DNA of 64,000 nucleotides from Anaeramoeba ignava BMAN (taxonomy: Eukaryota; Protista; Anaeramoebae): NCBI GenBank assembly GCA_028826165.1, contig JAPDFW010000065.1:62001-126000 (forward strand), read 5' to 3'. The position numbers were made by a program, and so were the translations under genes. Shown here one piece after another: positions 48,629-58,884 of the stretch; the stretch's first letter is position 1, and each line of letters opens with the position of its first letter. The notes below the pieces were generated by a model that worked only from the letters and a program-made list of their open reading frames with translations, was not told the origin of the DNA and did not search any database.

Positions 48629-51600
48629 ATGTCTGAACTTTTTAAAGCAATTACTGCAAAAGATGCAAATTTATTAAAACAACTTCTTGATTCTGGAAAA
48701 GATGCAAATACAAAAGAAGTGAATAAATATAATAATATTTTTATTATTTATTATTGATTTTATTTATAATTTATTTAGGGAGTAAATTTGATTTTCTTTT
48801 TTTCAAATATTTAATTCATTTTAAGGCTTTTTATTTTCTGTTTTTTTTTTTAATAAGAATGAAACATTAATTCTTCGTGCAGGTTCTTCTCTTGCTCCAT
48901 ATGAAATATTTGAAGTTTTAATTTCTCATGGAGCTGATGTTAATTATGCAAATGTATTTTTTAAATTATTTTTAAAATTATTCTTTAAATTATTTTTAAA
49001 TTATTCTTTAAATTATTTTTGAAATTATTCTTTAAATTATTCTTTAAATTATTCTTTTAAATTATTTTTAAATTATTCTTTAAATTATTCTTTAAATTAT
49101 ATTTGAAATTATATTTGAAATTATTTTTAAATTATTCTTTAAATTATTTTTGAAATTATTTTTAAATTATTTTTTAAATTATTCTTTTAAATTATTTTTG
49201 AAATTATTTTTAAATTATTTTTAAATTATTCTTTAAATTATTTTTAAATTATTCTTTTAAATTATTTTTAAATTATTTTTAAATTATTCTTTAAATTATT
49301 CTTTAAATTATTTTTAAATTATTCTTTAAATTATTTTTAAATTATTTTTAAATTATTCTTTTTAAATTATTCTTAAATTATTCTTTTAAATTATTCTTTT
49401 AAATTATTTTTGAAATTATTCTTTAAATTATTTTAAATTATTTTTAAATTGTTCTTTAAATTATTTTGAAATTGTTTTTAAATTATTTTGAAATTATTCT
49501 TTTAAATTATTCTTTAAATTATTCTTTGAAATTATTCTTTTTAAATTATTCTTTAAATTATTCTTTTAATTATTCTTTTAAATTATTTTAAATTATTTTT
49601 AAATTATATTGAAATTGTTCTTTAAAATTATTTTTAAATTATTTTTAAATTATTTTTGAAATTGTTCTTTTAAATTATATTTTTAAATTATTCTTAAATT
49701 ATTCTTTTAATTTATTCTTTAAATTATTTTTGAAATTATTTTTGAAATTATTTTTAAATTATTTTTAAATTATTCTTGAAATTATTCTTGAAATTATTTT
49801 TAAATTATTCTTTAAATTATTCTTTTAAATTATTCTTTAAATTATTTTTAAATTATTCTTTTAAATTATTTTTGAAATTATTTTTAATTTATTCTTTAAA
49901 TTATTTTTAATTTATTCTTTTAAATTATTTTCTAAATTATTTTTAAATTGTTCTTTAAATTATTTTGAAATTATTCTTTAAATTATTTTTAAATTATTTT
50001 TAAATTATTTTGAAATTATTCTTTTTAAATTATTTTTAAATTATTTTTAAATTATTCTTTTAAAGTATTCTTTAAATTATTTTGAAATTATTCTTTTAAA
50101 TTATTTTTAAATTATTCTTTTAAATTATTCTTTTAAATTATTTTTAAATTGTTCTTTTGAATTATTTTTAAATTATATTTTAAATTATTTCTTAAATTAT
50201 TTTAAAATTGTTTTTTAAATTATTCTTTAAATTATTCTTTAAATTATTTTTAAATTATTCTTTTAAATTATTTTTTAAATTATTTTTAAATTATTCTTTA
50301 AATTATTCTTTAAATTATTTTTGAATTATTTTTAAATTATTCTTAAATTATTCTTTTAAATTATTCTTTTAAATTATTCTTTTAAATTATTTTTAAATTA
50401 TTCTTTAAATTATATTTTTAAATTATTCTTTTAAATTATTCTTTTAAATTATTTTTGAAATTGTTTTTAAATTATTTTTAAATTATTCTTAAATTATTCT
50501 TTAAAATTATTTTTTAAATTATTCTTTAAATTATATTTTTAAATTATTTTTAAATTATTCTTTAAATTATATTTGAAATTATTTTTAAATTATTCTTAAA
50601 TTATTCTTTTAAATTATTCTTGAAATTATTCTTTAAATTATTCTTTAAATTATTCTTTAAATTATTCTTTAAATTATTCTTTTAAATTATTTTTAAAATT
50701 ATTTTTAAATTATTCTTTAAACTATTCTTGAAATTATTCTTAATTTATTTTTTTAAATTATTTTTAAATTATTTTTAAATTATTTTTTAAATTATTTTTT
50801 AAATTATTTTTTTAATTATTTTTTTAAATTATTTTTGAAATTATATTTGAAATTATTCTTTAAATTATTTTTAAATTATTTTTTAAATTATTTTTTAAAT
50901 TATTTTTTTAGTCAGTAAAAGAATAACTTTTAAAAATTTTTTCATCTTTTTTTTTTAATCCAAAAAAAAATTTAAAAAAAAATAGTCAGTAAATTAATTC
51001 TTTTGAATTTTATTGAATCGATATTAATAGTTATTCTGTTATTTTATTTTTTTTTCTATTAGGATGTAACTGCTTTATTATATTCAACTTATCATCCAGC
51101 TGCTTTTGAGGTTATAAAATTGCTTATTGATTCTGGTGCTGATGTTAATCATTCAAATGTATTTTATTTTTAATTTTAAAATCATTTCTTTTATTAAAAT
51201 TTAAAATTAAAATTTAAATTTAAATCAAAAGTGTGTAATTTAAATTAATTTGAATATGTTTTTTTTAGTTTGATTTTAAAATTAAAAATAAAATTAAATT
51301 ATTTTAGTGGGTAAATCAATTTGAATAATTTTTTTGAATTTTTTGAAATTAATTTTTTAATTTTATCCTAAAGAAACGAACACCTCTTCATAATTCTTGT
51401 TTAAATTCAAACAAACTGGAAGTAATTAAATTGTTAGTTAATTCTAAATCAGATGTGAATGCTCGAGAGGTAAAAAAAATTACATTTTGATATTTTTAGG
51501 AAAAAAAATTAAAAATAAAAATTTTAGAGAGTAATTTTAAATACTCAAATTTTGTCATTTTGATTTTGAAGAAAAAAATTAATTGATGATTTATTTTTTA

Positions 51601-53000
51601 GTATGTAAATTTTCTTTAAAATTTTATATAATTTTTTTATTAGATTTTTCAAAATAAAATTATTAAATTATTCATTTTGAAAACAATAAGGATGCAACAC
51701 CCCTTCATTATACTTGTCAATATCCAGTTGAACCTGAAGGTGTAGAATTTTTATGCCAAGCAGGTGCAGAATTAAATGTTCAAGATGTAAATTATTGATG
51801 AAAATAATTTAACCATTTTTCAAAAACGATTAATTTTTGTTTTCAAAAAAAAAAAAAAAAAGAATGTAAAAAAAAGAATATAAATAAATTTTCCATTTAA
51901 TTTCTAATTTTTAAATGATTCATTTTAGAATGTAAATATTTTATTTTAGAATTTAATCAAAAATAGATTTTTTTATTAATAAATGATTAAAAATTTTCAA
52001 GAATAAAACACCACTTCATTATGCTTGTGAAAAAAAATCAAAAGAAAAAATTAAAATATTAATAGATTATGGAGCAAATATTGAAATTTCTGATGTAAAA
52101 AAAAGCGAATATATTATATTATATTTTTTTTGAAAAATAATAAAAAAATATTTAGAAAGTAATATTTAGATTGAATTAAAATTAAAATTCTATTTAAAAT
52201 TATATAATTTATTAGACAGTAAATTTTTTTTAGAAAGAAAAAAAAAAGTAAATTAGATTGAAAATGATTATTATGATTAAAATAATTAGGGAAAAAAACC
52301 AGAAGATTATTTGACTGAAGAAGAAAAAATTTGGTTTCAATCATTGAATCATTTTGTACTTGATTTCCAAAATTTATTAAATAATAAAGAGTTAGCTGAT
52401 ATGAAAATAACTACTAAAATGGGAGATATTTATTTCCATAAAACAATAATTATGGCAAGACTTGGAAAAGATAAAATTGAACAATTTGAAAAAATTCTTC
52501 ATCAAAAAGAAAAAAATGAAATTGAAAAAGTATTAAAATTTATATATACAGCATGTATTGAATTAGAATTTCGAGAAATTGTTGAAGAAATATTCCAAGA
52601 ATTAGGAATATCTTTTGTATCCAAATTAGGATTGAAAAACTTACATGAAGATTTAGGAAAACTTTATGAAGATGAAGAATCAAAAGATTTCACAATAATT
52701 GCTGGTGAAGAAGAAATTCGTGCTCATAAAACAATTCTATTTGCTCGAAGCCAAACTTTTCGAGGAATGTTTTTGAGTGTTGTTGATGATTCTAATAAAG
52801 TTAATGATTATCGAGGATTTTCACTTAAAGCTTTGAATAATATTGTCAAATTTTTATATTTTGATAAGTTTGATTTTGATAATTTATCTTTGAATGTTTT
52901 GGAGGAAATTGAAGAAGGTTTAGATTATTATGGTATTGCTACTTCTCCAGTTCTTTTGGAACAGATTAATAGGAAAATGGAATCTTTAGAACTTAAATGA
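48629..53000 (+). CDS. Ankyrin + tandem BTB protein (~436 aa) encoded by 18 exons, including eleven 3-nt microexons
   Basis: Main exons: 48629-48718, 48858-48953, 51063-51158, 51374-51469, 51691-51786, 52002-52094, 52290-53000. Microexons flanked by AG/GT: 48779-81 GGA, 50912-14 TCA, 50986-88 TCA, 51232-34 TGT, 51308-10 TGG, 51528-30 AGA, 51602-04 TAT, 51863-65 AAT, 51929-31 AAT, 52156-58 AAA, 52216-18 ACA. All introns are phase 0. BTB motifs AHKTILFARSQTFRGMFLSV. Confidence 0.85.
48955..50910. repeat. (AAATTATTCTTT/AAATTATTTTT)n repeat filling a 1958-nt intron
   Basis: Directly visible degenerate 11-13-mer repeat. Confidence 0.92.
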
Positions 53001-53039
53001 AATTAAAAAAATAAATTTAAAATCATTTTGAAATTAAAA

Positions 53040-53750
53040 AATAAATTTGATTTGATTTTAAATTTGATTTAAATTTGATTTAAATTTGAATTTGAATTTG
53101 AATTTGATTTAAATTTGAATTTGATTTAAATTTAATTTGATTTAAATTTTAATTGAATTTGAATTTGATTTAAATTTGATTTAAATTTGAATTTGATTTA
53201 AATTTGAATTTGATTTGATTTGAATTTAATTTAATTTGAATTTAAATTTGATTTAAATTTGATTTGAATTTTAATTGAATTTGATTTTAAATTTGAATTT
53301 AAATTTGATTTGATTTTGAATTTAAATTTAATTTTGAATTTAATTGAATTTGAATTTGAATTTGATTTGAATTTGATTTGAATTTGAATTTGATTTGAAT
53401 TTAAATTTGATTTGAATTTAAATTTGATTTAAATTTGATTTAAAATTTTGAATTTTGAATTTAATTTAAATTTGATTTTAAATTAAATTTGATTTAAATT
53501 TGATTTGATTTTGAATTTAAATTTGATTTGATTTAAATTTGATTTAAATTTGAGTTTGAATTTAAATTTGATTTAAATTTGATTTAAATTTGATTTAAAT
53601 TTGATTTAAATTTGATTTAAATTTGATTTGATTTGAATTTAAATTTGAATTTAAATTTGAATTTGAATTTGAATTTAAATTTAAATTTAAATTTGATTTT
53701 GAATTTGATTTAAATTTGATTTTGAATTTGAATTTGATTTGATTTGAATT
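53040..53750. repeat. Intergenic (TTTGAA/TTTGATTTAAA)n repeat between convergent genes
   Basis: Directly visible. Confidence 0.88.
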
Positions 53751-53783
53751 TTATTTTTCTTTTTCTCAAAAAAAAAAAATAAA

Positions 53784-55022
53784 TCATTTCAAAAGCTCTT
53801 CAGTAACTCGAGTAACATCATAATCAAACTGTTTAAGTAATCTTCGATTTCTCTCCTTATCAGTAAAACCCAACTCTTCGAGTTGTTTCAAGCCTTGGAA
53901 CAATTTAGTATCTTCTTCAGAAAGTTTTTTAGGTTCAATAACATGAATAACAACAAAAAATTGTTCTCCAAAATGGAAATCATCAGAAAAAACAATACGA
54001 TAATAACCAACATATCTTCCTGGTTCACTTGGCGCTTGCATTTTTAAAAAAACATCAACTGTTTCACCGGGTTTTTTAGGGGGAATTTTGACAACTTCAC
54101 GATTTCTTCTTAAATCATTTCCTCCAAACCATTTAATAGTTAAACCTTCTTCCCAATCACAAGATCCATTATTTCTAAAGCGCCATCCTTTTGTGAATGT
54201 TTCATTTGGTTGAAATTCTGCTGAATCTAAAACCCGTAAGTGTTTTTCAAATTTAATTGATTCTTTTGAACGATCAGGTAATGTTTTTTCAACTTTTGGC
54301 TTTTCAATATTATTTTGAGTTATTTGATTCACTAATTGACTTAATTTTTCACATAAATTTTTCAAATTCAAATTTTCGGGTTTGATTTCAATTCTTAATT
54401 GAATCATTTTATCTGCCAATTCGGAAAAAATAAACGTTAGTTGACTTTCAATTTCTTCTGAAATTTTCATTTCGTTTCGGAATTCATTCAAACTTTTTTC
54501 AATATATTTTTGTCGGTTTTCTGATCCTTTTCCAAATAATTCCTCAAGATGTCCTCTAAGTTTTTCTCTAATTTTAGAGAATGTTGTTACTAATTCTGAG
54601 TTTGAAACCAATTCCATAACAACATTGAAAGCTTGATTCAATCCCTGGAAAAGACTCTCGATTTCTTGTGGTTGTTTTTTTAATTCTTCCTTTATTGGTG
54701 TTTTTTCAATTTCTTCTTCTTTTTTTGAATTTTCTTTTGGATTTTCTTTTTGCTTTTCTTTTTCGTTTTCTTTTTCTATCTCGCCAAGTTCGATTTGAAG
54801 CCGAACTAGCTTGGCATCTTGACTCACAATTTTGTCTAGTGTTGTGTTTTGTGGGAAAGTGATCCATTCTTTGGCTTCGTTCATGTATTTCAAAATGATT
54901 TTGTCTTTTGGAATCTTTTCATATCTTTCGGTTATTTTGTCACAAATTTTAGAATAACTTGAGTCTCTTTCAACTGAAAATCTTCTTAAATCTTGATTAT
55001 AATCACATTTAATTGTAATCAT
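53784..55022 (-). CDS. NBR1-like selective autophagy receptor: PB1 + FW (Ig-like) + UBA (412 aa)
   Basis: PB1 (ITIKCDYNQDLRRF...LKYMNEAKEWIT), FW domain (FTKGWRFRNNGSCDW...PGETVDV...APSEPGRYVGYYR...FGEQF), UBA (LKQLEELGFTDKERNRRLLKQFDYDVTRVTEELL). Confidence 0.85.
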   Translation of the reverse strand: MITIKCDYNQDLRRFSVERDSSYSKICDKITERYEKIPKDKIILKYMNEAKEWITFPQNTTLDKIVSQDAKLVRLQIELGEIEKENEKEKQKENPKENSKKEEEIEKTPIKEELKKQPQEIESLFQGLNQAFNVVMELVSNSELVTTFSKIREKLRGHLEELFGKGSENRQKYIEKSLNEFRNEMKISEEIESQLTFIFSELADKMIQLRIEIKPENLNLKNLCEKLSQLVNQITQNNIEKPKVEKTLPDRSKESIKFEKHLRVLDSAEFQPNETFTKGWRFRNNGSCDWEEGLTIKWFGGNDLRRNREVVKIPPKKPGETVDVFLKMQAPSEPGRYVGYYRIVFSDDFHFGEQFFVVIHVIEPKKLSEEDTKLFQGLKQLEELGFTDKERNRRLLKQFDYDVTRVTEELLK

Positions 55023-55203
55023 ATTAAAAAAAAATGAAAAAAAAAATGAAAAATAAAAAAAATAAAAATAAAAATAAATAAATAATAAAGTGAGAAAATT
55101 TAAATTGAGAAAAAAATGACGAAGAAAAACAAAAATATTAATAATTTTTTATTTTTTTTTCATTTTTATTTTTCATTTTTTCTTTTTTCTTTTTTAAAAA
55201 ATT

Positions 55204-58111
55204 ATGAATTTAATTAATTTACAAAATAAAGCTAAACAAGACCCAAAATCTTATAAAGAAGAAGTAGAACTTCAATACCAACATTTTTTATCAAATTTTG
55301 AAATATTTTTATTAAAACCAACTGAAGAATCACAAGAATTTATAGAATTAATTTCATTTTTAAGTCATGTTGCACCATTTTATAAACAAATGTTATTAAA
55401 TTTTCCAAAATATTTGATTCAATTATTAAATGAGCATTTACATCATTTATCAAATGAATTAAGAAAAGGAATTGCTCAATCATTGTTTATTCTTCAAAAT
55501 CGGGACTTTATTTCGGAAATTGAATTGATTCCTATTTATTTTAGATTATTTTTATGTCAAGATAAAATTCTTCGAAAATATGTTTTTTTACATTTAATTC
55601 AAACAGCAAAAAAAATTCATCAAATGTTTCCTAATTCTCAAAGAGAAAGAAATTTGAAAAAACAGTTTTATCTTGCAATTCAAGAAAATGAGTTTTTGAT
55701 CCAAGAAAAAGCTTTAGCTTTGTTGATTGAAATTTATGAAAAGCGTTTTTGGTCTGATGATAAAACTGTTAATGTTATTGCAAATACTTGTTTTATGGAG
55801 AATAATAAACTATTGGTTGCTGCTTTGAATTTTTTTTTGAAAAATAAAAATCAAGAAGAAGATGAAAAAGATGATCCAATGACTCAATATGTGAATATAA
55901 TTTAATTTTTAATTTATAATTTATTTATAATTTAATTTATTTGGAAATTTATAATTTAATTTATTTGGAAATTTTATAATTTTATTTATTTGGATTTAGT
56001 TTATAATTTAATTTATTTGGAAATTTATAATTTAATTTATAATTTAATTTATAATTTAATTTATAATTTTATTTATAATTTTATTTATAATTTTATTTAT
56101 AATTTAATTTATAATTTAATTTATAATTTTATTTATAATTTAATTTATAATTTTATTTATAATTTTATTTATAATTTATTTTATAATTGTATTTTATAAT
56201 TTTATTTATAATTTAATTTATAATTTATTTTATTTATAATTTAATTTATAATTTAATTTATAATTTAATTTATAATTTTATTTAATTTTATTTATAATTT
56301 TATTTATATTTTAATTTATAATTTATAATTTAATTTTTATTTTTAATTTAATTTTATTTTATTTATAATTTTAATTTATAATTTTATTTATAATTTTATT
56401 TATAATTTAATTTTATTTATAATTTTAATTTATAATTTTATTTATAATTTTATTTATAATTTAATTTATAATTTAATTTATAATTTTATTTATAATTTTA
56501 TTTATAATTTTATTTATAATTTTATTTATAATTTTATTTATAATTTTATTTATAATTTAATTTATATTTTAATTTATAATTTATAATTTTTTAATTTATA
56601 ATTTAATTTATAATTTAATTTATAATTTAATTTATAATTTAATTTATAATTTAATTTATAATTTAATTTTATTTATAATTTTATTTATAATTTAATTTAT
56701 AATTTAATTTATAATTTTATTTATAATTTAATTTATAATTTATTTATAAAAAAAGGAAGAATCAATGGAAGCTTTTCAAGATAGACTAAAATCAATGAAA
56801 AACACAAAAAAAACAAAACACAAAAAAAAACTACTCAAAAAACTTCGAAACAAACTATCACATCAACACACAATAGTAGAAGAAGAAAACGGAGAAGAAA
56901 CAAAATCAAATCAAGAACCGAACTTTTCAGCGCTAGAAAGAATATACGATCCACAAGGATTTTGCGAGAAATTATTCACAAAACTTCGTGGATCAAATGA
57001 ACTTTTTGATGTAAAAGTGATGATGATGAACATGATTTCAAGATTGATTGGAATTCATAAACTTGTTATGGTTAATTTTTATACTTTTATATTGCGTTAT
57101 GTTCAACCTTATCAACAATATGCAACAACATTTTTGGCAATAATTATACAAGCAATCCATGAAAGAATTCCACCTGAAAATGTGGAACCAATTTTAAAAA
57201 CAATATTGAATAATTTTATTTCAGAAAAAAGTTCAACTTTAGCTTTAACTATTGGACTTAATACAATTAGAGAAATTATTTTAAGATGTCCACTTGTTAT
57301 GACTGAAGAAATTGTTCAAGATTTAGTTGAGTATAAAAAACATAAGGATAAAGGTGTTTCAATGGCTACTAGAGGAGTTATTGCTGCTCTTCGTCAAGTT
57401 AGTAGTCAATTATTGTCTAAAAAATATAGAGGAAGATTCACTCAACCTTCTAAACAGAAAATTTTTGGTGAACAAATTCTTCATATTATAAATGAAAATG
57501 AAAATGAAAATGAAGATGAAAATCAAAATGAAAATGAAAATGAAAATGAAAATGAAAATGATATTGAATTTGATGAAAATGGAAATGAAAATGGAAATGA
57601 AAATGATATTGAATTTGATGAAGATGAAAATGAAAATGAAAATGGAAATGATATTGAATTTGATGAAAATGAAAATATTGATGAAAGTGAAAACAAAAAT
57701 CAAAACAAAAATCAAAACAAAAATCAAAACAAAAATCAAAACAAAAATCAAAACAAAAATCAAAACAAAAATCAAAACAAAAATCAAAACAAAAATCAAA
57801 ACAAAAATCAAATTGAAGAATCTGATTCAGATTTAAATCAAGATGATGATGATGAAATGGAAATTAAAACTGAAATTCAACCAGATTATTTAGTTGGACC
57901 TCGTTTTACAAGAAGAACAAAAGAAGAAAAACTTGAATCAATGAAACAAGGAAGAGAAGGAAGAGGTAAATATGGATCTCGTTTACATTCTGAAAGAACA
58001 ACAAATGAAAGAAAAAAGAAAAATAAACCTTTTAGATTAACAAGATTTAGAAAAAAAGTTAAAAAAAGAAGAACAAGAATGAAAGGAAGAAAAAAAACGA
58101 AAAATATATAA
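55204..58111 (+). CDS. SDA1: SDA1 60S ribosome biogenesis protein; exons 55204-55890, 56756-58111
   Basis: NLQNKAKQDPKSYKEE..QY.HF, WSDDKTVNVIA, NFSALERIYDPQGFCEKLF, ISRLIGIHKL, IGLNTIREIILRCPL, KDKGVSMA, and TTNERKKKNKPF. Confidence 0.93.
55910..56745. repeat. (TTTATAATTTAA)n repeat in the SDA1 intron
   Basis: Directly visible. Confidence 0.9.
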
Positions 58112-58211
58112 TGATTTCAAAAAAGAAAAGAAAAGAAAAACATTTTAGAATTTTTTTTTTGATAAATTTCAAAATTAATAGAGAATAAAAAGGAATAAAT
58201 AAATTTCTTTT

Positions 58212-58775
58212 TAATTTAAATTAAGATTATTTTTGATTTGATTAAGATTATTTTTGATTAAATTAAGATTATTTTTGATTTGATTAAGATTATTTTTGAT
58301 TTGATTAAGATTATTTTTGATTTGATTAAGATTATTTTTGATTAAATTAAGATTATTTTTGATTAAATGAAGATTATTTTTGATTTGATTTAAATTAAGA
58401 TTATTTTTGATTAAATGAAGATTATTTTTAATTTAAATTGAATTAAGATTATATTTAATTTGATTAAAATAAGATTATTTTTGATTAAAATAAGATTATT
58501 TTTAATTTGATTTAAATTAAGATTATTTTTGTTTTGATTAAATTAAGATTATTTTTGATTTAATTTAAATTAAGATTATTTTTGATTAAATTAAGATTAT
58601 TTTTGATTAAATTAAGATTATTTTTGATTTGAATTAAATTAAGATTATTTTTGATTAAATTTAAAAATAAGATTATTTTTGATTTAATTTAAATTAAGAT
58701 TATTTTTGATTTGATTTAAATTAAGATTATTTTTGATTTGATTAAGATTATTTTTAATTAAATGAAGATTATTTT
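58212..58775. repeat. Intergenic ~20-25 bp repeat (ttaagattatttttga...)
   Basis: The core AAGATTATTTTT recurs more than 20 times. Confidence 0.9.
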
Positions 58776-58884
58776 GTTTTTAATTTTTTTTTAAACCCAA
58801 AAAAGAAAAATTTTTTTTTTCATTTTTTTTTCATTTTGTTTTTATTGTGTTTTTGTTTTTGTTTTTGTTTTGAATTAATTAAAA

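Noticed and set aside
48820-48835. Possible second microexon (AAG|GCT) in the first ankyrin gap
   Set aside because: Not followed by GT, and it would leave flanking introns of only about 44 and 29 nt, shorter than any other here.
52230-52250. AG...GTAA at 52232-52249 as an extra small exon
   Set aside because: It would be 14 nt (frame-shifting) with a ~15-nt upstream intron, and the DKTGK hairpin is already complete without it.
16009-55022. Functional clustering of trafficking genes (STX6, CCZ1, SNX, TMEM181, NBR1)
   Set aside because: They are interspersed with unrelated housekeeping genes in mixed orientation; no evidence beyond chance.
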